Notes under the pieces: model-generated | Seen by the model: only the letters and a program-made list of their open reading frames with translations | Databases searched by the model: none | Told to the model about the DNA's origin: nothing | Shown here: in pieces, positions 25,582 to 33,834 of the stretch | How positions within the stretch are numbered: the first letter of the stretch is position 1 | Layout of the letters: each line of letters starts with the position of its first letter | Translations under genes and position numbers: made by a program | Source of the DNA: a virus | Lineage: Duplodnaviria; Caudoviricetes | Length of the DNA: 33,834 bases | IMG/VR virus record: IMGVR_UViG_3300023184_000337 | Location: 1-33,834 of that record | Strand: one strand, 5' to 3'

Positions 25582-26247
25582 TTAGACTGCAAGGTAGTTC
25601 ACGACAGAGCCAGAAGCTGAGCCGATAGTACCGTATTCGTGATAGTTGAACTTGCACAAAACACGGACATAAGGACTAGCTGCGCTGGTCACTTGGTTGT
25701 CGCCTTTTTGTACAGCACCCAACAAACGGATTGGCAAAGTAGCCGTAACAGCAGGACCTGTAAGGACCATATCTGAAAACGGAGCACTGTTGCTCAATGA
25801 CGATTGGTTTGCAGCAGAGATAGTCACAGCAGCGTTCAATGACAACTGAGCTTGAGTAGCACCAGTGCTATCAAACTGAGCTTCAAACAACACAAAAGGA
25901 TCATCCACAACATACAAGTAGCGAACACTAGTACGAGTACCAGCAGCGATGTACGCTTTTTCCAAAGACAAAGAGTTACCAACCAAGCTAACGCCTGGAT
26001 CAGCAACACGAATGCCCACGATAATGCCCAAAGGCAAAGCTGATGTAGTAGTTGCGCCACCCCACTTTTGGACATAACGAACGCCGTTAGCGTCCGAACC
26101 AGAAGCAGACATTACGCAATCACCGATTGCATAGCTATTGGAAGTGTCAGAGGTAGGGATAGCGTAGAGGCGACCCTGCTCGTTCCACTTGCCACCTAGC
26201 AAGTTACCAACAGGACTAAACCCGTTGGCTTTATTTACGTTAGCCAT
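25582..26247 (-). CDS. Capsid cement/decoration protein
   Basis: MANVN...GFSPV...IGD.V...VVDDP.VLFEAQ; immediately upstream of the MCP. Confidence 0.7.
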   Translation of the reverse strand: MANVNKANGFSPVGNLLGGKWNEQGRLYAIPTSDTSNSYAIGDCVMSASGSDANGVRYVQKWGGATTTSALPLGIIVGIRVADPGVSLVGNSLSLEKAYIAAGTRTSVRYLYVVDDPFVLFEAQFDSTGATQAQLSLNAAVTISAANQSSLSNSAPFSDMVLTGPAVTATLPIRLLGAVQKGDNQVTSAASPYVRVLCKFNYHEYGTIGSASGSVVNYLAV

Positions 26248-26268
26248 TTAAGACTCCTTTAAAAACAT

Positions 26269-26784
26269 TTAAGAGGTAACTTTGATTCCGTCCCTAGGGC
26301 TATAGAACGATGGATTTTCTCCAGTGATCTTACCCTTACGAATAGAAGCGTCAATGCGATTGTTTTTAGCTTGAAGTTCAGCTTGATCTTCCTCGTACCA
26401 TTCTTGCCGAATCTTCATTAGATAACCGTATTGCTCAGTACCTTCGGCACGAGGGTTTACGAGAAATCTAATTCTTTCTCCAAGGTCACCATTACGGCTG
26501 ACTACATTCTCACTCACGCCTCCCACTTCATCAGGACGGACAAACTCGTAGCCACTATCCATAGCTGCTTGTATGCGTCCACCTACATCAGTAAGTACAT
26601 GTAGATGGTATCCAGGTATCTGTGATTGGACACTTATCTTTGCTTCCGTGCCGTTAAACACGTTACGTTTTTTTCGAGTTGTACCGTCTACCGCAGGAAC
26701 AGGTGCAGTCATTGCTGCTTCACGTTCTGCTGCTTTTTCAATTAGACGATCACGTTTTTCAAACTCATTTAGTGCTCTTGGCAT
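26269..26784 (-). CDS. Conserved head-module protein of unknown function
   Basis: PGYHLH...GRI.......GYEFV...YLMKI..EWYEEDQ; between scaffold and capsid genes; SD GGAG. Confidence 0.75.
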   Translation of the reverse strand: MPRALNEFEKRDRLIEKAAEREAAMTAPVPAVDGTTRKKRNVFNGTEAKISVQSQIPGYHLHVLTDVGGRIQAAMDSGYEFVRPDEVGGVSENVVSRNGDLGERIRFLVNPRAEGTEQYGYLMKIRQEWYEEDQAELQAKNNRIDASIRKGKITGENPSFYSPRDGIKVTS

Positions 26785-26813
26785 AGTGTACTCCCTTTAG
26801 TTTAAGTTAAAAA

Positions 26814-27647
26814 TCAATTCCAATCAAAATCAGCTACGTATTGTTCTCGTGTCATAAGCTTTTGCTTAACAAACCGATCACAAGCTGCTTTTGCTTCAGA
26901 AGGTAGGTTGTCATAGGTTTGGGCGTTACCGCTACTACGGCCTGTACGACCTGACCCAGATTCCACTCGACTTGTTGGACTTTGTTTTTTACCAAACTTG
27001 TTTGGGAATTCCTCTGCTAACACTTCATCAAGCTTTTCTAGAAATGCGTCACCTTTAAGCATAGGGAACTCAATACGAAGACTTTCACCAATACCGTTAG
27101 CTACAGCAGTCAAACGCTTGTCCTGACCAAACCATGTATTGCGATCTAACCATACTTGTAACCCTGGGTCAATAGTATTGTTTGATTCTGGTTCTGGAGC
27201 AGTAGGAGCTTTCTCTGCGTCTTTAACAGCTTGCTTAGCTTCTTTAAGTTCGTCCTTTGCCTCATCTAGAGCATCATCTAGGGCATTGACTTTCTGTCCG
27301 TCTCCATCGCTAATAGCTTGAGCACGGCTTTCTTTAATCTGTTGAATACGCTGTTCGTATTCTTGGGCTTTACGCTCGTAGGTTTCTCTTTGAAACTTCT
27401 TAAACTCTTCTGCTGCTTCCCGAAATTCTTTAAGCTGTTCCTTTGTAGCGTTTAGATCCTTCATCAGATTCTCATTATTCTTACGCAGAATAGGGAGAAT
27501 CTCTCGACCACGCTTTACAAATGTCTCAGCATCAACCCAGTCGGATTCGTTTCCTCGGTAGCGTTCTTTTGAAACCCAACCTTGAGACTCAGCCTCCCGA
27601 ACAACTTCTGGAGCAACTTCGTTACTAGTAACATTCTCTTCGCTCAT
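26814..27647 (-). CDS. Capsid scaffolding protein
   Basis: A..QGW..KE......WVDAETFV.RG, long coiled coil, W..RNTWFG.D, C-terminal helix. Confidence 0.8.
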   Translation of the reverse strand: MSEENVTSNEVAPEVVREAESQGWVSKERYRGNESDWVDAETFVKRGREILPILRKNNENLMKDLNATKEQLKEFREAAEEFKKFQRETYERKAQEYEQRIQQIKESRAQAISDGDGQKVNALDDALDEAKDELKEAKQAVKDAEKAPTAPEPESNNTIDPGLQVWLDRNTWFGQDKRLTAVANGIGESLRIEFPMLKGDAFLEKLDEVLAEEFPNKFGKKQSPTSRVESGSGRTGRSSGNAQTYDNLPSEAKAACDRFVKQKLMTREQYVADFDWN

Positions 27648-27677
27648 ATCTTACTCCTGTTTTTTAAGATGTGTCAA

Positions 27678-28025
27678 TTAAACTTTGGCTAGGTACGGAT
27701 CAACTAAGTCAACGTCAGCATCTAAAGTGCCTGTAACGTCCTTGTCGTTGATCATTCGGTATTCGCTTCCATCCTTACCAAGGTAAAGCAAACCAGCATA
27801 CTTAGCAAAAATAATCTTGTCCCCAACATTGCACCAAGGTGCAGGTTCATCGGCAAAACACTCGTTACCCATAGCAACGACTATTCCTGTGGTGTTAGCC
27901 ATCTGTTCACGTTCTTTGTATTTACCACTGGTAATAACAATACCGCTTTCAGACATCTCTTTGATCTCTTGGGGTTTAACCAAGATTCGCCAACCAACGG
28001 GGTTTATTCCTGACACGTTACTCAT
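27678..28025 (-). CDS. groES: Co-chaperonin GroES-like protein
   Basis: INPVGWRILVKP.....SESGIVI.......TTGIVVAMG.....VGDKIIFAKYAG......G.EYRMIND.DV. Confidence 0.92.
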   Translation of the reverse strand: MSNVSGINPVGWRILVKPQEIKEMSESGIVITSGKYKEREQMANTTGIVVAMGNECFADEPAPWCNVGDKIIFAKYAGLLYLGKDGSEYRMINDKDVTGTLDADVDLVDPYLAKV

Positions 28026-28251
28026 AGCTAGGTTCTTTCTTTTGGGTAGGTTCAAACAGATCTTCGTACTCAAGGTTAAGGATAATTGCGATTGCTCGGC
28101 ATCTACCTTTAACTTCGGACTCATCGTCAAACGAGCTGTTGACTAAACCTTCCTTCATTGCTTCTCTGTCGTTTGATAAAGACTTCATCAAACGTTTAGT
28201 AACTGGGTGATGTTTCCATTCATCAAAGTTACTAGGGCTTACTGGCTCCAT
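28018..28251 (-). CDS. Hypothetical protein
   Basis: SD AAGGAG; F.EWKHHPVT motif; between portal and GroES. Confidence 0.75.
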   Translation of the reverse strand: MEPVSPSNFDEWKHHPVTKRLMKSLSNDREAMKEGLVNSSFDDESEVKGRCRAIAIILNLEYEDLFEPTQKKEPSYE

Positions 28252-28264
28252 TCTTACTCCTTAG

Positions 28265-30352
28265 TTACATGGGTAGTTGCGGCATTCCTTGTTGAGGCAT
28301 TTGTGGTTGCCCTTGGGTTTGCTGCTCTGGTTGTCCTTGCATCATCTTGTCGTAAACAGTATTCATGGTTTGGATAGCACTCATGACACCTTCACGCCTT
28401 TCACGCTGCAAAGCAATTTGGGTATTAATCTCTTGGATACGCATCTTCTCGCCTTCAGTAGCAATACCAATCTTGATAGCTTCTGCTTCGGCTTCTAGCT
28501 TTTGTATGTGAGCTTGATTTAGCTCCGCTTCACTCATCAGTTTCAACAAAGCTATCTTCATCTCTAGTTGATCAGAAGCTTGCTTAGCTTGTTGTCTGAG
28601 TTGTTCAATCTGAACTTTAGGATTAATAGGAGGTGGTATTGCGTTAGGACCTTTAGGATCTGGCAATATCTTGTCAATGTTTGTAACCTTAATAGCTTTC
28701 AAGAAAGCGTGTTCAGCTTCATAACGGTTGTACAAACCAGGTGTTGCAGCCACTCGACCAGCAATAGCCATAGCTTGATTCAAACGTTGTGCATCAGATG
28801 TAATGCTTGGATCAGCAGTAGGCATAACATCTGTTACAGGACCTTCATAGTCAGTAGCCAACACTATACCAGTGCCTTGAGCATTAGATACGTATGGGGT
28901 GTTCTCTGTAACAAAGATTTGATTTAGACGATACAGCTTACGGAATTCTTGTTTCAAACTACGGTGAGTACGTTTAAAGATACCGTTAAATATCTTCATA
29001 CCTTGTTCAGCCATAGTGCGGGTAGTCTCAGCAGGAGTATTCTGACCAGGATTCTGACCAGATAAGATGTCTACAGATCCACCAATACGTTCACCATAGT
29101 TAATCAACAGATTCAACAGAGTAAACATAACCTGAGAAGGTTCACGAACTGGGAGAGGAACAATGCCTTTACGCAGATCATCACCTGTGGTGTCTACATG
29201 CTTCCACTCCATAGGATTAAAAGAGTAGTTGCCCCCACGTAATTTAATGCCTCTACTAAGAAATCCACCAGCAGTATTAGCCATAGTGCCAGCATCGACC
29301 AGTTGGTTAATAATGGTGTTAATAGATTCGTTAAGAGGTCCAAGTAAAACTCCAAAGCCTAAGTCATAGAAGCCACCATCAGGAGATGGGACAAAAGGAT
29401 ACTTAGTAAAGTACTGCTCAGCTTTAATACTAAGAATGACATCATCTTTGTTACGCTCAACATCTGACTTGGTATATCTAGCAACAATACGAGCAACTTT
29501 TTTGTTGTCTCTACGCACATACACAATGTACGGCTCAGCATAACCATCATCATCAAAGTCAATGTGACAATGTTGTTCTAACATTTCAATTGGAGTGCTA
29601 GAGTCGTTTGGCTCTGGGGGTTGCATACCCTGCGCTCTGTCTTGCAGGTTTTGTAATCCGTTACCCATAGCCAAAGATGACATCTGTTGTGGACGACCAT
29701 CAGATACATCTAACCACAATCCACGAGCAACACGCTCATAGATTTCATTCCTAGACATTTGGAGAACGTGAGTAACTCGACTAGCTGTCTCAAGACTTTT
29801 AGTCCAGTAGTTAACTACCAAGTCTTTAGCTAAGACGTTCTCAGAGATATTGTGTTTACGGATTGGATCGTAGTAGGTCTTCTTAAACGCACAACCAATA
29901 ATAGGTTGGGTAATAAGAACCTTGTCCATCTCTGATTCCCAATCCTCGTCTTCTTCAAGGAGTTGGTAACTCATGTGTTGTTCAACACGGGTAGAACGCA
30001 AAGCACGTAAACCGTCTTTGTCATCACCAACAACACGACACTTAACTGGCAAGTCGCTATCAATTAAGACGGGGTAACTGCGAGCATGATATTGCAATGC
30101 AGCAATAGTAATAAGGGGAAACTTAACGTTAGAAGCGTTAGCCCAAGGGAAGTTTTTAGTCTCAGCTACTTGTAAAGCAAGTTTTAAAGAAGCCTCAGTA
30201 CGCTTTTCCCAACTAGATCTAGACAACAAGTCGTTATCAAAGTCTCTAACAGCTTGAACCCCAATAGCAGTCAAGTCTTCTTTGCAAAGCTTGTCAGCAA
30301 TGTTAGCCTCATACATGAGGTCATTAATATCAAATTTATCTTTGAGGTTCAT
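28265..30352 (-). CDS. Portal protein
   Basis: About 695 aa; KNFPW.NASNV.FPL, G.AFKKTYYD, DGGFYDLGFG.LLGPLN, Q-rich C-terminal barrel; follows TerL. Confidence 0.93.
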   Translation of the reverse strand: MNLKDKFDINDLMYEANIADKLCKEDLTAIGVQAVRDFDNDLLSRSSWEKRTEASLKLALQVAETKNFPWANASNVKFPLITIAALQYHARSYPVLIDSDLPVKCRVVGDDKDGLRALRSTRVEQHMSYQLLEEDEDWESEMDKVLITQPIIGCAFKKTYYDPIRKHNISENVLAKDLVVNYWTKSLETASRVTHVLQMSRNEIYERVARGLWLDVSDGRPQQMSSLAMGNGLQNLQDRAQGMQPPEPNDSSTPIEMLEQHCHIDFDDDGYAEPYIVYVRRDNKKVARIVARYTKSDVERNKDDVILSIKAEQYFTKYPFVPSPDGGFYDLGFGVLLGPLNESINTIINQLVDAGTMANTAGGFLSRGIKLRGGNYSFNPMEWKHVDTTGDDLRKGIVPLPVREPSQVMFTLLNLLINYGERIGGSVDILSGQNPGQNTPAETTRTMAEQGMKIFNGIFKRTHRSLKQEFRKLYRLNQIFVTENTPYVSNAQGTGIVLATDYEGPVTDVMPTADPSITSDAQRLNQAMAIAGRVAATPGLYNRYEAEHAFLKAIKVTNIDKILPDPKGPNAIPPPINPKVQIEQLRQQAKQASDQLEMKIALLKLMSEAELNQAHIQKLEAEAEAIKIGIATEGEKMRIQEINTQIALQRERREGVMSAIQTMNTVYDKMMQGQPEQQTQGQPQMPQQGMPQLPM

Positions 30353-30354
30353 AT

Positions 30355-31869
30355 TTAGTATCCACAAACAGCAGAACGACCAGAATCTACCACATTACTG
30401 TCACGAATGAAAGCTTCGTACTCTTCTTCTTCCAACTCTTTTTCGGTTGGAGCTTCCCACATCCTATCAAGCATTAACCCCAAGTATGCCCAAGCGTCTA
30501 CTTGGTCGTCATGCTTATCTCTAGGAAACCTAAGAAGCTCATCCTCAAAGTTTTGATACCAATCAGCGTCCTTATCGAACTTACAAGCCCCACTTCTCAT
30601 ACGAGCTTGAATACTTCTAGCACGGGTCAGTTTGTCTCCACTAGGCTTGAGCAACACAGTGTTGATGAACTCTCCACGCTTAAGCATCTCTTCATTGAGA
30701 TAGGGGCCAATTGCTTTTTGGATTGTTCCTTGTTCGAGTCCAAAGAGTACGGGCTTATAAATCTTTTGAATCATCAGGATTGTATCTACAATTTCTAAAG
30801 CGTCCATACGATCTTTGATTACATGTTTGCAGTATAGCTTTCCTTCATCATCCATACCCCCCACTACAAAAGCAGAATAGTCAGCCCGTTGAGATTGAGA
30901 TACAGCCAAGTCGCAGGTAGCGTAATAGACCAGTTTCTTCTTCTGGTCTTCAGGTTTCATAGGAACAAAGTCAGTCTTCTTAAAGAAAGTGTCAGTAATA
31001 TCCAACGGAATATTAAGCATTTCTTGAGAGTAGACATCAGCCAAACCTTGGCGTACATAGTCTTCTTTAAGCATCCTAAACTCAGTAGCAGACTTCATTT
31101 CAGGCCAAAGCAAAGTCTTAAAGTCGTCCGTGTGAGCACGGTATTTAACAGATCTCCAAGGCAGAACATTTAAAGAAAACTCTCGTAGATCTTCACGTAT
31201 TAGTTGTTTTATTCCTTTATGAGAAGCCAACTGAGAAGCTGGCATTAAGTTCTCAAGTAGACTGTCTAAGTGTAGGATTGTGCCTACTATACGTATCTTT
31301 CCAGTTGAAGAGACGCAAGGGATAAGAGCACCATAGAACCAACGCTTAAACTTCTGGCGTCTGTCCTTGTTCATAACGATCTCATCGTTCTCCATGTCAT
31401 CCCCGATGATCAAGTCTGGACGAAGGTTAGCCCATTTCAATCCACGAAGCTTTTGTTCAGAGCCTTTAGCTTGGATACGGAAAGTCCAACCATCTTCCAT
31501 CTCAACAATCAGATCATCTTCAGTATCTTTAGGGAACTCCTTGATACCAAACAAAGAACGTAGATCATCGTTTTCTAATAGTTCTTTCTTAATATCTCCT
31601 AGGAACTGTACGGCTTGGGTAACAGTATCTGAAACAATAAGAACGTATCTGGACTCCCTAAAGAGGACAGATGCTAGGGTATAGGCATGGGTTACAGCAG
31701 TAGACTTAGCATGATAACGAGGAGCAGCTATAGCTACTTGTTTGCTGTTACTAGTAACAAGATCCCAGATTTCTTTATGAAACTGGGGAGTAGCAGCAGG
31801 TTTATCAAAGTTCTTTCTCAACACAGAGTTGACAAAGCCCTCCATAACATCCGCATTAAGCCGAGACAA
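30355..31869 (-). CDS. terL: Terminase large subunit
   Basis: Walker A APRYHAKST, Walker B PDLIIGDDME, VGTILH, nuclease CDLA...DYSA...HDDQVDA. Confidence 0.96.
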   Translation of the reverse strand: MSRLNADVMEGFVNSVLRKNFDKPAATPQFHKEIWDLVTSNSKQVAIAAPRYHAKSTAVTHAYTLASVLFRESRYVLIVSDTVTQAVQFLGDIKKELLENDDLRSLFGIKEFPKDTEDDLIVEMEDGWTFRIQAKGSEQKLRGLKWANLRPDLIIGDDMENDEIVMNKDRRQKFKRWFYGALIPCVSSTGKIRIVGTILHLDSLLENLMPASQLASHKGIKQLIREDLREFSLNVLPWRSVKYRAHTDDFKTLLWPEMKSATEFRMLKEDYVRQGLADVYSQEMLNIPLDITDTFFKKTDFVPMKPEDQKKKLVYYATCDLAVSQSQRADYSAFVVGGMDDEGKLYCKHVIKDRMDALEIVDTILMIQKIYKPVLFGLEQGTIQKAIGPYLNEEMLKRGEFINTVLLKPSGDKLTRARSIQARMRSGACKFDKDADWYQNFEDELLRFPRDKHDDQVDAWAYLGLMLDRMWEAPTEKELEEEEYEAFIRDSNVVDSGRSAVCGY

Positions 31870-32386
31870 TTCTAGCCTCTACATCAATGGGTACGGCATT
31901 ACTCATCTTGTTACTGGCAAACTTAGCAAACTCTTCAGACAACTTGAGGAGCCTATCGTCAATTGTCTTCTCAATCTCTTCTTTAATTGGATTCTCATTG
32001 AGCTTTTGTTGTTTGGTAAGCAGCTCTGTGGTGATCTTTAAAGCCACATGAGCCTTGACTGGAACACGAATAATCTCTCCAGTTCTTTGATCAAACTGGG
32101 CATCACCCAAGTCAAGTCTATCTTCAGTAGCTTTAAGAGCTTTGTTGATAACCCGTCTAAGATTAGAGTCCATCTGCTGGACATCTTCAGCTTGGAGTTG
32201 AAGAGCGTATTCCTTAAACCAATCTGTCTGTTTCCAAAGTTTAATGGTAGCTAAGGGTACACCCGTAACAATAGCTGTCTCAGCCATACTGCCCAACATA
32301 AGGTAAGTACTGACAGCTTGAAGCTTCTGGTTTTGTGTCCAGTGAGACTTTTTGTACCGCTTATCTTTAGAGACTCGTCTTTGCAT
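31856..32386 (-). CDS. terS: Terminase small subunit
   Basis: N-terminal HTH (AVSTYLMLGSMAETAIVTGVPLATIKLWK..DW) and helical core; overlaps the terL start. Confidence 0.8.
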   Translation of the reverse strand: MQRRVSKDKRYKKSHWTQNQKLQAVSTYLMLGSMAETAIVTGVPLATIKLWKQTDWFKEYALQLQAEDVQQMDSNLRRVINKALKATEDRLDLGDAQFDQRTGEIIRVPVKAHVALKITTELLTKQQKLNENPIKEEIEKTIDDRLLKLSEEFAKFASNKMSNAVPIDVEARIVSA

Positions 32387-32395
32387 AATTGTTTA

Positions 32396-32629
32396 TTATC
32401 TAAATTTTGCAGTTTTCTTTGCAATGCTTTTAGGTTGGGCTACAAACTGTTTACCTGCCGCTTTACCTTTACGTTTAGCTTTTGTTGTAGCTGCATACTC
32501 AGCAGCACTTAAAGATTTAATTGCCTTTTCGGGTAAGTATCGTTCTCCTGTTTTAGAAGAAGGTTTACCTGATTTAGTTTGCCATTTCTGATCACCCCAG
32601 TCTTTAAGAGATTGTTGGGGTTTTTTCAT
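32396..32629 (-). CDS. Small basic protein
   Basis: QQSLKDWGDQKWQTKSGK...GERYLP.KAI..LS..EYAATTKAKR. Confidence 0.8.
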   Translation of the reverse strand: MKKPQQSLKDWGDQKWQTKSGKPSSKTGERYLPEKAIKSLSAAEYAATTKAKRKGKAAGKQFVAQPKSIAKKTAKFR

Positions 32630-32805
32630 TTGTAGCCACCTCCTGCTGCTTTGTATTTCTTAGCTACAAGTTGTGCTTTACGAGCTGACCATTTACCAGC
32701 TCCTGTTCCTTGCGTTGCAGCAGCTTTTACTTGACTAACAATCTTTTTACGAAGACTTGGTTTTGTATAGTTACCAGCAGCATTTACAGTAGATTTGGTA
32801 GCCAT
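32626..32805 (-). CDS. Small basic protein, 59 aa, DUF5872-like (not in ORF track)
   Basis: MATKSTVNAAGNYTKPSLRKKIVSQVKAAATQGTGAGKWSARKAQLVAKKYKAAGGGYK; ATGA overlap with the next gene. Family name is from memory. Confidence 0.8.
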   Translation of the reverse strand: MATKSTVNAAGNYTKPSLRKKIVSQVKAAATQGTGAGKWSARKAQLVAKKYKAAGGGYK

Positions 32806-33060
32806 TTAACATTTCCACTTCTTAAGAGCTTTGTTAATCCTTGAATCAGGATCTTTAGCTTTAGCTGTACCAGTCAGCTTCTTCTTCATGCCACCCATAC
32901 GAGCACAGAAAGAATCTTTACGAGAACCACCTTCAGGTTGTGGTGGTTTAAGGTTATGTCCTTGAGCTTTAGCTGAAGCTCTACCTTTAGCGTTTAAACC
33001 ACCTGATTCAGACTTACCCTCTTTACGTTGCCAAGCTGGTGACTTTTTACCTGTAGCCAT
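32806..33060 (-). CDS. Small basic protein, DUF6321-like
   Basis: AWQRKEGK...GGLNAKGRAS...R.DSFCARM.G...SRINKAL.KW.C; SD GGAGG. Family name is from memory. Confidence 0.8.
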   Translation of the reverse strand: MATGKKSPAWQRKEGKSESGGLNAKGRASAKAQGHNLKPPQPEGGSRKDSFCARMGGMKKKLTGTAKAKDPDSRINKALKKWKC

Positions 33061-33083
33061 ATACCCTCCCTTGAATGGGTCGG

Positions 33084-33092
33084 ACTATAACA
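33084..33092 (-). promoter_or_regulatory. Extended -10 promoter for the late operon
   Basis: TGTTATAGT (TGn + TATAGT) about 24 nt upstream of the first late ATG; no good -35. Confidence 0.5.
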
Positions 33093-33148
33093 TCCTTTTG
33101 GATAACGCACATCGCAGTACTCGAAGAGTACGAGAACTCTTCTCCGTA

Positions 33149-33166
33149 TTGTCACGTATGTGACAA
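33149..33166. promoter_or_regulatory. Inverted repeat, operator-like
   Basis: TTGTCAC-gtat-GTGACAA. Confidence 0.5.
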
Positions 33167-33206
33167 CATAGGATATTTATTTTCTGTTTGAGTACCTTCA
33201 GTGGAC

Positions 33207-33234
33207 TTGACAAGATTTTTTAAAAGCTGAGAAT
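33207..33234 (+). promoter_or_regulatory. Possible sigma70 promoter, divergent from the late operon
   Basis: TTGACA-16 nt-GAGAAT. Confidence 0.35.
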
Positions 33235-33452
33235 AGAGGCTTCTTTCTTTTACTGTTTTCTTTCTTAGGTTCAGGTATATATACAGAGACATATATAAAC
33301 AATGTTCTGTGTGAGTCTATGTATAGACGAACATCCAACCAATATTTTAAGTAACCCCCCTTTGTTTAAAAGTATGCAGCAGCGTTATAAGCTGTGATAA
33401 ATCAAATTAAACATAAAACAATTTGCTCCCCCTCCCCCTATAACAATATAAG

Positions 33453-33470
33453 TAAGTAAGTACTAACTTA
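33453..33470. promoter_or_regulatory. Near-perfect 18-bp palindrome
   Basis: TAAGTAAGT/ACTAACTTA, one mismatch. Confidence 0.5.
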
Positions 33471-33505
33471 GCATTAGGATTAGTGGTCTATAGAGCAGCT
33501 ATATA

Positions 33506-33518
33506 CATCAACAACTTA
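33506..33518 (+). promoter_or_regulatory. IHF-like binding site
   Basis: CATCAACAACTTA versus consensus WATCAANNNNTTR, one mismatch, in AT-rich context. Confidence 0.4.
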
Positions 33519-33598
33519 GCTCCCCCTCTATATTCATTGTTTATATGCTGTTCTAACCGCTTTAGACCTACATAACAGCCATTGTTTGGTATCAGTTA

Positions 33599-33828
33599 TA
33601 CCTTCGGCATTGGTCTTATCATTCCGCTGGCCTACGCTCTTATCTTGTGATTGCTATCGTTTGTGGATTGCGCCCCCCGCTTCTCGTGCGGGGTGACCAT
33701 CGGTCGCTCTCTACGTTCGCTCCCTTGCACAAACCACGCCAGTCGCTGCGCTTCGCTTGCTTGGTGGCATGGCTGCGGGGCTTCGCCCTTTGTGCCTTGG
33801 TCATCCTTCGGACTGCGTCGCCTTCGGC
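33599..33828 (-). repeat. Cluster of short hairpins with C(GAA)G triloops in a GC-rich non-coding tract
   Basis: - strand: GCC-GAA-GGC, TCC-GAA-GGA, GGGC-GAA-GCCC, GC-GAA-GC, TGCC-GAA-GGTA. Confidence 0.7.
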
Positions 33829-33834
33829 TCCTCG

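Noticed and set aside
28026-28130. N-terminal extension of GroES in the ORF track
   Set aside because: Overlaps the upstream gene; GroES similarity begins at ATG 28025.
33599-33834. tRNA, CRISPR array or terminators in the GC-rich end
   Set aside because: No cloverleaf with T-loop/CCA, no regularly spaced 25-40 bp repeats, and the stems are short and mostly lack U-tracts.
1-33834. Alternative genetic code or integrated prophage
   Set aside because: Genes tile densely in the standard code with all three stops in use; no integrase, att site or host genes are visible in the window.

Overview
About 34 kb of a tailed dsDNA bacteriophage with podovirus-like organisation; small-protein motifs suggest a freshwater betaproteobacterial host (inference). 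The left arm (+ strand, 1-3.9 kb) is the end of a T7-style replication module: family A DNA polymerase C-terminus, probable SSB, 5'-3' exonuclease, endonuclease I, small ORFs and a very acidic protein, closed by a strong terminator. Nearly everything else is one convergent late region on the - strand (33.06 kb down to 3.95 kb). In order it carries small basic proteins, TerS, TerL, portal, GroES, scaffold, capsid genes, short tail/fibre genes with an inserted HNH nuclease, adaptor, nozzle, a cupin, three ejection proteins, a PurD-like ATP-grasp ligase, a tail protein, the lysis region and a metallophosphoesterase. The right end (33.06-33.83 kb) is non-coding and probably lies near the terminus/control region. 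The most unusual items are: (1) a full-length PurD-fold ligase with rewritten substrate motifs, translationally coupled inside the virion ejection/tail genes; (2) a half-length lysozyme with substituted catalytic residues, in frame with a gene that appears to start at ATT; (3) a strand-biased cluster of C(GAA)G DNA mini-hairpins at the right end; (4) two mutually exclusive hairpins in the leader of a head gene. All calls come from manual motif reading; no searches were run.
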